Source: Tubulanus polymorphus
Lineage: Eukaryota > Animalia > Nemertea
DNA length: 64,000 bases
Direction of reading: 5' to 3'
Assembly (NCBI RefSeq): GCF_964204645.1
Contig: NC_134028.1
Span: 20,392,245-20,456,244, forward strand
The translations under genes were made by a program, and so were the position numbers. Below, one piece after another: positions 44,025 to 57,023 of the stretch (the first letter of the stretch is position 1; each line of letters starts with the position of its first letter). The notes under the pieces are model-generated. The model saw only the letters and a program-made list of their open reading frames with translations. It had not been told where the DNA came from and made no database searches.

Positions 44025-44460
44025 TTTTTTGACGCCATAAAAACCGTTACAATGATGTTTAGACACATTGATACCTAATGCGTTACGAAAGGATTTCTGT
44101 GTGAGTCGACGTGCACTACGTCATCGATATAAGCGTTTCAAAATAGCAATTATGATTATTGATTTTGGCGTCTCTTTCTAAATTTAATTCATTTCATAGC
44201 TCTTATCTTATTTTTGATCAATCTTTAAAATGATTTTTGACAATGCCCCCTATAACGTCGTCAATATATATAGGGGCTTGACTGGTTGCGCATCAATTCA
44301 ATTCAATTATCGACGTATTCAATCCAAAGTAACTTCATTGATCCTTTATAACATATGATTTATACTATGAAATTATGATATCATTCATTTGTCGACAATA
44401 TTACGTGATATATATTTGTTTTTTCCAAACTTTCAAATAAGTTTTCGTGTTTACTTTTAC
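44025..44460 (-). repeat. Dispersed ~400-bp repeat family, copy 3 (inverted)
   Basis: gtgcactacgtcatcgatat...gactggttgcgcatcaattcaattcaatt is the reverse complement of the family core. Confidence 0.8.
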
Positions 44461-46279
44461 AAGTATATATCGATGGGTAAATGTCGGATCAAGCGAAGCA
44501 AACGATTGTAGTCAAATCTTGCGCAATTAAAGATGGCCGCCGTTTTAAGATGCTCTTGTTCGATTCGATTAAAGAACACCAACACAATAAAAACGATTTC
44601 GCATTAATTTTTGTGTGAAAGATCTACATTTCACGCGATGTTCACCTTTAATGTGGAATGGCGGTCTAATCTGGTGAAGTGAAAGCGGATTCTTGGAATC
44701 AAAAACGATCCCTGCTGTACATCGTCAAATAACTCCGGCGTTTCCGGCGAATTCCCTATTTACCGATAATATAAACCGTAGAAAGAAGAGACTGAGCTGA
44801 TAAAAAAATTACAGATATACGTGGTACAGTATTGACAGAACAGTTTTGTGAGGAGACGGATAGACGACGACGAGAGGGAGGGAGGGAGGGAGGGAGAGAG
44901 GGGGAGGTGAGAGGGGGTATGTTGATCTAGGATCAGTTATGGTCGTGTACATGCTATAACACTCTCCCTCTAGCCACTTCAGAAAAAAATGTATATGCAG
45001 AGATGAAGTCATAAAATGACCTGTTACATATTTTTGATTTTAATAATAGTTCTTATGACATACGGTATACATAGTTCATCATCTCAGAAATTTCTTGGGA
45101 GGGCGTAACTGTTGGGGATGCGTATATGGGAGGGGATGTGCGTGAATCCGTTGCTTACACATCCTACGCATAATACACGGTAAATATCGAATATAAGAGT
45201 GTCAGAGGGTGAGGAGTGTAGTCTGTATCAGACACGACTGGATTGTGTCACACTGATTCGACCCAGCTATAATTTCCCTGCTTCACATCCGATAATGTAA
45301 TTCCGTTACAAAGCTATTCAATTAACTGCGGTCAATTAACGCAGTTCTATTTAAGCCTGCGTGTCGCTGCGGCCTGGAGCGATTCTATACTGCCCGCTCC
45401 TCTACAAACATTGCTGAGCTACGGCTGCGGTTGCGGTGATGAATGACACATCTTTTGATCGCGCGATTCAGCAGCTTGTGGAGAAAGCAACAGTGCATGA
45501 ACCATATCAACCAATATGTACGTGTCTATTCTTAGCGACATGTCATTGATTTTCTTTAGTCGTTGTCGTCGCAAAAATGTCATGAATGTCAAACAAGACT
45601 CGAGAGAGAAGGAGAGCGCGAGAGCAGGTTTTTCAGAGATTCTTGGCCGTGTAAAAAGCTAGTGTACGATGGACAATATGAATAGAGCGAGACCTGAAAT
45701 GCTGAAATTGCACTCCTAGCTAGTTTCACAGTAGCGACATAACAACAGATGTCGCCAGATGAATCTTTTTAGGGTTATCTGCTCATTAGAACCAATTCAA
45801 AATATGCAGGTACCGATCCGGCGATCAATAGAAATTACCCCTCTTTCTTCATTTTGTTCAACTTATATTCGAATAACAGACCCTTAGATTTCAGAATTCG
45901 AATCGAAGGGTCCGAGATTATCGATCGTATGTGACGACAGAGACGCAATTTGCAACTCAACTGGTAGAACGAGAGTGGGGGTGGCTCCGAGAATATCCAC
46001 ATCAGAGCACTTGAATCGCTGGTTCTATTTTGTTGGGGTATCATTGTATCGATCATACTTTTACGGAGCTGATACATGTTATCTATTCATCCTCCTCCGC
46101 TCATACCGAGTTGCGTGAGACAAATGCAAGACCTTATAAATAACTTGCAGGAATTTCTATTCTCGGCTAATCTGTTCATTTACTCGGGTGAATCGTGAAT
46201 TATTCTTCCGAAAATTTGGCAACGAAAAATTAATTTTCCAAAAATTGTTAGTTTTCAGCTTTGCGTTAGGAAGGCATCC

Positions 46280-46650
46280 TCGCTTGCCAGGGTTTGAATG
46301 CCGCGCGCTGGAGCTCACGTCGATGCTATCCCTGGCAGCAAACCCTTCATTGGTCTATTACATCGCCCAAGATGTCTTGGGCGGACGGGTTCCCGGTCTG
46401 CGCCACCGGTCTATATATCTAGTCAATCAGATACGTGGCATTTATAGGCAAACATCGTGCCGGTAAAAACGCATTTGATTGGCTAGATATATAGACTGTC
46501 GGGCGCTGAGCGGGAACCCGTCCGTAATACACCAATGAAGGGTTTGCGGCCCGGGTTTGTATTGATGCTACGAGATATTATCTAACGTTAGATAATTGCT
46601 CGTAGATTGATGCGAGCTCCAGCGGGTCCCAATCAAACCCTGGCAAGCGA
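46280..46650. mobile_element. ~370-bp foldback MITE, palindromic along almost its whole length
   Basis: Paired arms: tcgcttgccagggtttga / tcaaaccctggcaagcga; gcaaacccttcattggt / accaatgaagggtttgc; cggacgggttcccg / cgggaacccgtccg; gtctatatatctagtcaatca / tgattggctagatatatagac. Confidence 0.8.
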
Positions 46651-46771
46651 TGGTGTTGTACCGGAGTTATTCATAACAAATCGAAGTTCATTTAAAAGTT
46701 GACGCTCTCTTCGGGCCCTATGGAGTCCAATATGGGTACCCCGCTTTTGAATTGACGTCATTAGGTGCCGT

Positions 46772-47020
46772 AGCGAGGATTCGGCGTTAATCCGCAAGGA
46801 TCGCTAGTGGCACTAGGTTACCACGCCTCAATTTCCTTCAATCAAATTCTAATCGACTTTTCCCATGAATGAATCAATTTTCAGTGAAATCTATACTAAA
46901 CACTGAGTAAGAAGGTCAATCTCATGTCTATCCGATGACTTGTTTGGTAACTTTTGGATTTGGACGCATAAAAATCAAGTTCAAATTTCATTGAAAATGA
47001 ATGGATTTTGACTGCAAATT
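46772..47020 (+). repeat. Second copy of the 13913-14150 repeat
   Basis: Direct similarity by eye. Confidence 0.8.
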
Positions 47021-50000
47021 TCGGTCGACAGGTAATTTTAATGGTTGAAGTGTCACCTACATATCGCGGAAAAAGTATCTTTATGTTACTTAGAAAAATC
47101 CTAATGAAGAAAACCCGTTATTGTTACTTTGCAGCAATATATTTCTTATCATCATTGTCATTTTCCACTATTTACTCGTTCATTAAATCAAATTCGACAA
47201 TTCAGGTTTGACAAACGCACTTCCAGTACTGAAAGAAATATGATGTTCCGTCTGAACGCGGGAATACCTTTTTAGCACTGACCTTTGAATTAATCTCACA
47301 AGACATTTCCAATGATAACACCGACTGGATTGTAGGACTTGTTGGGGCGTGTTAATGAACTCCATTTACCTACGCAACAGTACGTACCAATCGATCTTGA
47401 GATTCAACAACGATATCATGAATTTTTAGATCGCCGGGTCGGGTTTTTGGACACGCCTATTTCCAGGATGCGTTATGAAGCCTCAAATGCAATTTGCAGG
47501 ATGTGCCTCTGCTTCAGTCGATCTGAAGCAGAGGCTTTGAGTGATATAACTGTTTGATTAATTTGAATCGGTCCGGTCCCGACGTAAATATTCCGCATTC
47601 TCCAATCAAAACAAGTTTTCAAATGAAAATCACCTCAAACTAAATTAGATTGACGTGAGTATCTGTAACAATGTTCATATCAGGTTCAAATCACCGACAA
47701 AAAATTTTATTTCAATTTCTTTGATCTCCTTCAGTTCAAAGGGGGCAGCTATGCAGAAAACCCGTTATAGCTCTTTTCCGGCTATTTGAAAAAATATATA
47801 TATATATATATATATATATTAGTGGTACTTATCATCTATGAACTAATTAACATGAATTCCATTTTACACGATATGATGAAATATTCAAATGTATTAAAAT
47901 TTAGTTCTAGTTGCAGGACGTTCAAACTTCCCATCCTCATTTTACTATTCAAGTCTTTATCAAATATCGAGATTATCTGAAATACGAAATTGATATTTCA
48001 AAATCAGTATCACGACTATCATCACCACGATCATCACTATCACGGCTATCACTATCACTATATCGCGTTCTGTTAGAACGAAATACATAATTTATAATTT
48101 GAGTTGAGATTGATTTTGATATTGTAACCCGAGTCGCAACCGCAGAAAACGCAATTTTCCGATTGAAAACGTTCTTAAGGCTCTCGGCGGTAACTGCGGT
48201 TATCAAAACTGAAGTCAGCGGGGATTTCCTCAGCTATTAGAGCTGCAAATTAGTTATGACACCAGCGGAATATAGTGCGGTGAGTTTAACGGCTAAATCT
48301 GCGACATCTATGACGAAATCTGTAATCTTAATATCGTGCAAATTATAGACACGTGATGGCTGTGATTTATTGCCATATTGGGATATCATCAATTTTCAAT
48401 TTTCTTAATCAGTTGCATCGTGTTCAACATCGCTCTCTTCCTCAGCGCGGGGCTGTATTTAACAAGTGACAGGGGTGGGGGAGGGGCGGCAGTTGCTATA
48501 CCCAGATGTTAGAAAAAGTTCCCATTTTGAACATATTATTGTATTATCATATCTTTTTCGGATTTCTTTGCCACCCCTAAAATTCAAATGCTAGGTACGG
48601 CCCTGAGCAGGGGGTCATAATATTGCGGTAATCTTGCTTTGAGTTCCAGATTTCGTAGGAATGAAATACATATATATTCGTGGGCTGCAGTTCCTATTCC
48701 TAAGATCTGACCATGTTCATGTTGGGAGAGAGTGCAAAAGGTTGTAGTGTAGAGAGGGGTTAAAAGGCAGAGGCCCGATGGAGTGTAGGTGTGGGGAGGG
48801 AGTAGCTAAATAGGTAGTTTGTAACGGGATCAGCACTAGTTTCTATCCATCACTAACGGTTTTAAATCAATACCACGATGGTTTTCGTGTATAGAACTCT
48901 TATAGTTATCACTCGAGCGCTGATTCCAGTTGATTCCTCCCACTGATGATAGCCGAGTGATTCCCTCGTCAATATTGGAGACGAATCGAAATGACAGGAT
49001 AAATATAGTATTAACCCGATCCCTAGTGGGGGTCGCGTTAATCTCTACTCCAGGCGTTACTGCGTTATACTACTGGATTCACAGTATATTTTATAACAAC
49101 CGGAGAAAACGATTATCGAGTAATATACACAGCCGGGGGCGTCCATCATCGTGTACTGACAGTGCAGCCCGGGGCATCCACCATCGTGTGTACTAACAGC
49201 GCGGACCGACTGGTCGTCCACTATGCAAATAGATTTATATCGAAGAAACCCAATAATAGCGTCTCATAAATCATATAATCTGAAATAGGCGATATCGATA
49301 TAAAACAGGTGTCCGCGCTATATTAAACATATAAACATATATAACCGCGCTGTAGGAATGTTTCTTGTGATTTGTCGTCGGTGATAACGAGAAATACAGA
49401 TTCTCCAGCCATATAACACCCCCCCCCCCCGCTCATGCATACGTACAACCGCCTCCCTCCGCAGGGATCCGAAACTGGTTCAGTTTGATTCGGACTTTGA
49501 GTCCGACCCGAGTAGCTCGAGCGACAATCAAACTTGCTCGGGTTCCACCCGAGTGACGTCCTTTTCGACTCGAGTTCGAGCCTCCAGCCGAGGAGAGTTG
49601 AACGCTAGCGAGACGGCGGCGTTTTGAGCAGAAGAAGCGAACATGTAAGATTGAAATTGCATTTCTTGCGCCGGCATTCATTTTCAGTGGAAAACGTTTC
49701 GATCATTTCGTAGTAATGCGATCTGATGACCCAAATCGATACCTGACGGAATTTTTGATAGATGTTTTTGGTATGGCGAGACTGCTAAGTTCTTCCCGCG
49801 TTTGGTACGTCGATTGCAGTCTCGGATCTCCGTCTATTTCTCCCCTCACAAGTCTCTCTCCAAACCATTTCGGTCTTTGTTCTCCCATCCCTAACTCCCC
49901 CTCCTCGCTGTTCCTCCACAGTGCTTTCTCTTGCCGCCCCTCTAAGCCGTCTCTCTCCTTTCTCGATCCCCAGCCTCTCTGTTCTCCTGTGTGAGCCCTT

Positions 50001-50554
50001 GTTCGCCGCTCAATCCGCGCTCGTATCGACGCTATTTCTATTATTCACATCGTGTTTCATGTAATATCGCTTTTATCAAACATTCCTATCGACGAACAAT
50101 CAAAGCCAATAAGATCGTAAAAATCAGCAATAATCTTCCCGCAGCTGATTGTGATTAGAATATATTTACATACAGATTTATAGTTGCACCAGAGTCACAC
50201 ATCGAGTACGCGGTTAAACGCTTCAACGACGAGGAACTAAGCCCATTTTAGATATCAGTTAAACCAAAAATTCATTGGTTAAACCCAGTTTTGTAAGGGT
50301 AAATCTATTAACTAACAACACAAGCGTCCAATTCCGCTAAATTTTGTGATCACCATTGATTATCACAGGGCTGTTGCAAATTATTTGGGATTGTCAGTCA
50401 GAAAATGGTCATTTTCCCATATTTTCTTGGGGAAACCAAAAAGCCCGTAATAGGCTTTGTGCCTTCAATGCTGTAGGGCCTGCAAACAATGAGGCCTTAT
50501 ACCTGGATACGTCGCACAGCGCCTGCAAAAGCAGCTTGAGATTTGTACGACCAG

Positions 50555-50693
50555 GGGCCATTTGCGTAGTCATGGCTTAGACTTAAGAAAAATCTAAGAC
50601 CAACTTTAGTTCTATAGCCAATGTAACAACTTAAGATCAGTCGTGAAATTTAAGACCACTTTTGGACTTAAGTCACGACTGTGCAACTGGGCC
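50555..50693. mobile_element. PIF/Harbinger-like MITE with CAG target duplication
   Basis: CAG|GGGCCATTTGCGTAGTCATGGCTTAG ... CTTAAGTCACGACTGTGCAACTGGGCC|CAG; imperfect ~27-bp TIR. Confidence 0.6.
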
Positions 50694-51438
50694 CAGGGGA
50701 TTAGTGGAACTTTCTTTTTTAAAGGTCGGAGGTGTCATCATCGAGCACCGAAAGAGCGACGCTCGGTAATGGGAGGGGAATTTTTACGATAAATGCACAT
50801 TTCTGCGTGAGTGGGAATTGGAAATACGAGTTTGGGTGGAACTGATTTGGGAATTTTGGAATTACGAATTATTGGTCCAACCAAGGTCGACAGGTCGGAC
50901 CTGCTGCATCTGCCCTGTATCATGGGTATTTGAACCTGGACCTAGACTTAAGATAAGCTTAAGTTGCATCGACGATTGATTTGATATTTCATACTTTTTG
51001 CTGATGATGACTCTGTGCAACTTTAAGGTCAGCCATGCAGCGCTGTGCCGAAATTGGCCAAATCTCAAGATACGTCCTGATTTGTAAGCGCATCAGTGAA
51101 AACTAAAACCCTCAAAAATCTTTTCATTAGTATATCATATACTAATGAAATAATCATTTAAAAACATATTCTATTGTTTTTAAAGTTTCGTCGGGAAACC
51201 ACTGTACCCGGGAGTTTTAACCGGCTAATAAAATCTGAATTGAATTGAATTCATTTTTTTATCTCGCGTGTTAATCTACCCATGATTCAATAACAATCAT
51301 CTTTCAACTTCCGCTGACACTTCATAATAATTGAAGCCGTGACTATTCGCTGTTTGATGTGATGATAACAATCTATGAGTGAATATTATAGACGAGACAT
51401 TCACAGTTTATACGCTATCGCTCTGTATAAAATGGCAT

Positions 51439-51448
51439 CCGCCGCCGC

Positions 51449-51500
<52 letters not shown>

Positions 51501-51509
51501 GCTGCTGCT
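51439..51509. repeat. (GCC)n(GCT)n trinucleotide microsatellite
   Basis: Read directly; one ACT interruption. Confidence 0.95.
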
Positions 51510-54271
51510 TCTGATCGAGTACTATTTCAACAAGAATCACCAAAGGTCATCCAATAACAGTTTTTCATTCACACACAATTTCAGGGTGTCGCCAGCGTTG
51601 TTATAGTTTGATGTGGCTTTGCGTCAAAATCCTATCATCGTTCCCTAAATCATACTTTACTTGGCAAATTGTATGCATTAATGCAGAACTTCTGTAATCA
51701 AACTTGAAATAAAGACTGGATAGCTGATCGAAAATACTAGATCACCCAGACTAAACACTTGTCACGGAACATAGAATCTAATTACGGGTAAAACTAAAGT
51801 ATATTTGGTGTTGAGTGCTTCCTTCCTGTTTTCAATATTTACATACATGAATTCGAACTTAACCGTTTCAAGCTTAACCTTATTTTTTCATGAAATTGGA
51901 TCCACATCGCATACAATCAATATTTCTATATCTCGTACCCCGCAGTATCTACTGCGCATATAGATGGAGTTGATGTTTATTGCCCTTATATAGTTCTCAT
52001 TTTCAACCAATCAAAATGTCAACAGCCTTGAACGCCGGTGGATTACTGCATCGTTTAAAACAAACACGACTGCGGATTTTCAACAGTTCCCGAGATAATT
52101 GAGAACAAAAACTCGCTGGGGGAGAAAACGGCGAGGAAATGCGAGAATCGAGTTGTTAAAGTAGATGGGGATAGATCAGCGTGAATGAATGAATGATGTG
52201 TCGATGGTTAATTTAGTAAATGATTGATGATAAACAAACTGACTGTATCTCCCTTGTGAGTGTGAACAGCAGGTCAAGGTATGAGCTCTGTATCGACGGT
52301 GTGGGGGTGGGGGGCATGGAAAATCAGCGATTATACTACGGGATAATTTCGACCTATCCGTCCCGGAAGGCTTGATACCCCGGACTAATCAATGTCACTA
52401 CGGTGACTGATGGAAGAGTCGGTCAGCCTATTCAAAACCAGTAAACCGAACCAACTATACTAAGAGAGGGCCCAGGATTGTTAAAATGTCAAGAGTCGAA
52501 GAGGCTTCCACCCCCCCCCCCTGTATCAGTGGTTTCCCTAGCCAACGGACCTATACCCCTGCACTACTGTAGGCCTAGAACTGTGTACCACTCTGTACCA
52601 CTGCGAATGGAGGTTAGAAGTCAGTTTCTGTACCACACTGCAAGTGAAGAATAAGCAGGGGTTCGGTCTCTGTACCAGCGCGAGTGGTTAGACATCGGTC
52701 TCTTCGATAATCATGAAAGTGAATGAATTCAATTTAAACATGATACAATCAGATACAGTTGTATAATTCTATACGTAGGGTCTGCTGTCTAAATGGCAGA
52801 TGGTCGCATTGGAATTCAATAATCAGGTTACCCTCTATATCATTCCTATACCGCTATATCCCTCACAACCATATTTCACCCCAGCTATCCTTTCTCGCTC
52901 ATTAGCCAAAATCCTGATCCATCCACCTCTTGACGATATAGCGTAAAATTGATATTTTTATAACACAGTTTTCGTGATGTAAACCAGACGATATTTCACG
53001 CACTGTACAAACTGTGTTGATTTTTTGTGGATAATGATTCCTAAACATTTACAAAAAGAACGACGCACGGCAGTGATTTTATCGGAGCCTTACGTATATA
53101 ATCGGATCACAGTACATCCTCTCCCCGCCCCGCGCCCCACCGTACCTGGGAATAATCTATTTTCAGATCAAATATTCTCGACTCGGGGATTGATATATCT
53201 CTAAACTAGACAATAACATCTCCCCGGCCTCTCATCGACGATCAATGTAACCATGGACATTATTCCAGGCATATCTATACGCTACATATTCAATTGGATG
53301 TCATATTGCGGGAGTATTACATAATCTTAGATTACTGACTAAAACAGGTCAATATCATAGGCAAGCTTTTAACGAGACTTCAAAATACAGAGAAAGGACA
53401 TTTTCCACCAATAATGTTTTCTATTTATACACAAATGAAACAATAATCGCTCGAATCACTGCTCTTCCCGCGCTGAAAATAGCACCACGTAGCTGATTCG
53501 AATCCACGGGAACTCATTATTATGCTAGTCCAGCGCGCTACCGAATCCAAGTGACTACCTGAGTCTGGTCTGTGTAGTGACTAGTCGCAACCAGTCAAGT
53601 GTGGTGACTTTATTCACTAACAACTAACAGTACCCGGTATAAATCTCTGATTACAAGTATTTCTTATAAAACTGGAAGAATCTTTTTTTTCCAAAATTCA
53701 GTAATTGGATGAACTGTTGCCTTATCGAAAGATAAAAGCGCCTATCGTAGTTACGATGGGCTTTTGGGGATTCGCACGAACGTTCGAGCTTATTAAGAGA
53801 ACAAGGTATCATCTTACTGACGCCGTAAAAACCACTACAATAATGTTTTTATACACGTTGATAACACTATAGTCCACTGAGCGAGTCGAGATGCCCCACG
53901 TCATCAGCGTTCGTTGTTTCAAATATCAATGACATTTGTGAATTTTGGGGTTCGCATCGTAATCAAATTCATTTCAATTCAGTCTTATTTTCAATTTGAT
54001 AAATTTTCATTATTGGTCCATGATAATATATCAAATCATACATTCGTCGATACTATAAGGCAATATTCGTGTTTTACGTATTTTGTCATGTTTTATAGTT
54101 ACCAACAGTTTTGGGTGTTATTCTGAATCTTCGGAGAAAAGATTTGATGATTTCAATGATCGTTTCCAATGATCGATGTTGTTTTGTTGTTGTTTTTGTC
54201 TACGCAAGGTGAATATAATGTTTTTGTGCAATTTTTCAGCAGGAAGGTAAATCCGATGAACCCAGTGTACG

Positions 54272-56991
54272 ATGTTAACGATGACAGTAAGATGTTTGCT
54301 CGGATATTCTGGTCGATTTACCGTCAGTTTAATTATCGTCATCATGGCCTCTCTAGAACTACCATTAGCGGGTATGTATCTACAATTTCCGGTCGAAAAT
54401 GTGTATACGTCATACAGCTCCGCAGCATGGGAACGAGTACCTACTCAAACAAGGATATCTCCCCCTATTCAAAAAGACACGGAATTGGTTTGATAAAATT
54501 TCGAGTTCCTATATCTACGAACTGGATTTGATGCAATATTGCCCTGCTTGGGACGTTTCCTTGGAAACGCATTTTGTTAATGTACAATATATACATAATA
54601 TGTAAAAATATGTTTTTAAATGTCGATATGTAATATGTAAATCGATAATGTATAATTGCGGCATTGTAAGACATTAATATGAAAACTGTAGCCTAAATTC
54701 TGTTTTTACTGCTGTATCTATAAAACATGATTATGCCTTCTGATTGATCAATATGTGATATGAAATCATGCGCATGCGCGATGCGAGAGGCTAACAGTTC
54801 TATTTGTATTTGAGCTGTCTTCGAAATTACGACTAACAAATGGCACGCGGTTTGGCGTCGTATTTGCGAAACACATTTAGCAAAGAGAACAAAAAGAGAG
54901 AAGGGTGAGAGGCCGCGCCAGGAGAGAAAGGGGGAGGGGAGAGGGATGGAAAGAGGACAAGGAAGGGAGAGACGAAAGCGGACGAGACGAGATAGAGAGA
55001 GGGGAGCGGAGAGAACTGCCTCAAGTCACAATATTTGCAGAACGCTTATTAATATACGGTACAGAGATCGACGCTCGACGCTCGACGCAATGATCTAAAT
55101 ATTGATTTGTGGAACTACGTCACCAGTTTATTAGTGTAATGTTTTATACCTCGGGCTAAAGAGAAGTTTATTCCACTCTCCGAGAGATTGTGCGTGTATG
55201 CGCACTGGGTGTTCTATTCTTAGCCCGAACTCTCACGATTTATTCGAGGAAATCACGACTTCAATGAAATACGCAGAATTTCAAATTCCAAAAACAATTT
55301 GAATACGCAATTCAATTTACAGTTACATTAACAGTTTCAAACTCATATGACTTCATTAAGGGATAAAATCGATTTCTACACTTTTTGACGCCTTTTTTGA
55401 CGCCCAATAATGTTTATATAAGATACCTTGTATGCGTATGTATTGTTTCTCTGTGACTGTCGATGTGCACTACGTCATTAATATCCGCTTTCCAAAATAA
55501 CAATTACAATTATGAACTTTTGCGTTTATTTTGTTATTAGATATATTTCATAATTCTTAATCAATTTTTGATAAATCTAATAATCTTTCTTGAGAGGATG
55601 TGCGCAATACGACATCAATATATCGGGGCTACAGACTGGTTGCCGTTCAATTCAATTCTAATATCCGTTCAATTCCAACTTCGATCCTTACTGACATATA
55701 ATCTACATTATAGTATCATTCGTCGACGATATTAAGCAATAAATGTGTTTATTTTCTTGTTCTAAATGATATCTCATCTGCGCGTCGAAATCGTGCTCTT
55801 GCTTCCCCTGGAATTCCCTTTACAAGATAAAATAAATTTTGCTGCGAATTAACTCGGATATATGAAAAAGTGTTAATTATTGAGCACGAACATATTTTTA
55901 TAGCATTTCTGTATGCAATTCAAGGTCAGAACAGACTTTACATTCATATGCTTTACTTAACTTTATATGGAGCCACACGCGTTTCCGGTTTATTGGAGAC
56001 ACGAATAACCAGATACATTCGGTTGTAAAACGGTATTTCCATTTCGTGTGAAATTATCATTTATTTTACTGGTAATGACACCGTAATTAATGACCCAACT
56101 GCTTTTATGCGCACGAAATTCGATAAAATTGAACGAATAATTTCATGTCGACTCGCATGAATATTATCCTTATTTACTGAATTTCGTATTCCTCAATGAA
56201 AAGTAACACCAGCTAAGAATACACGAAAACTCTATATCATCATTTACTGAATGTTGAATTTATTTATTGTTTATTTGCAGAAGTTGATATTTGTCATTCA
56301 TCCTATTATACGTACCCTCAATGCGTCGATAACAGAGATGGCTACGGCTGCAGATGCGGACCAGGATTCTACTGGAATACTAAAACTTGTATATGTAAGT
56401 ACTCCAGCTAACAGTTTCGCGGGACATCCCCGGAACCCAACCTTTGGGCATTTACCTTGATATGAAGGGATGATCAGTTTTTGAAAGTGTGATGAAAAAA
56501 TTTCTAATGTCTGGTGTTTGTAGTTCGCATTCAATCAAAAAATCTCGGTTGTCCTGAAAATAGGGCGCAAGGTTCAGAGTCCCTAGTATGGCTTAACTTT
56601 CCCCGAGACGTGACGTAACATTCCTTTTCGACGCACATACCACGGCGAAAGGAAAGTCATACAATGTACTTGTGAATAATTAATGCGACGTGTTTTCACT
56701 GAAACACGAGTTGCATCCTTCCGTTTAATAACTAATGGGGATCAGACTTCAAGGTAAAATCCTCATCGTCTAGAACAGTGAACACGAACAGTGACAGCGA
56801 CTACTAAAAATACACTTCAACAACTAGGAAATTCTTTCATCATAGAGCGATAGAAAGTAAGTGACGACAGAACAGAGAGAGGGGGGAAGGTAGGATCGAG
56901 GGAGGGGAGGGGGAGGGGGAGGGAGAGGGGGAGGGGGAGGAAGAGGGAGAGGGAGGGGGAGGGGAGGGGAGGGGGAGGGGAGGGGGAGGGG

Positions 56992-57023
<32 letters not shown>

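Noticed and set aside
51375-51606. Poly-Ala, poly-Leu and poly-Gln reading frames
   Set aside because: GCT microsatellite with stop-rich flanks and no supporting splice sites; the CAG frame on the minus strand is interrupted by TAG.
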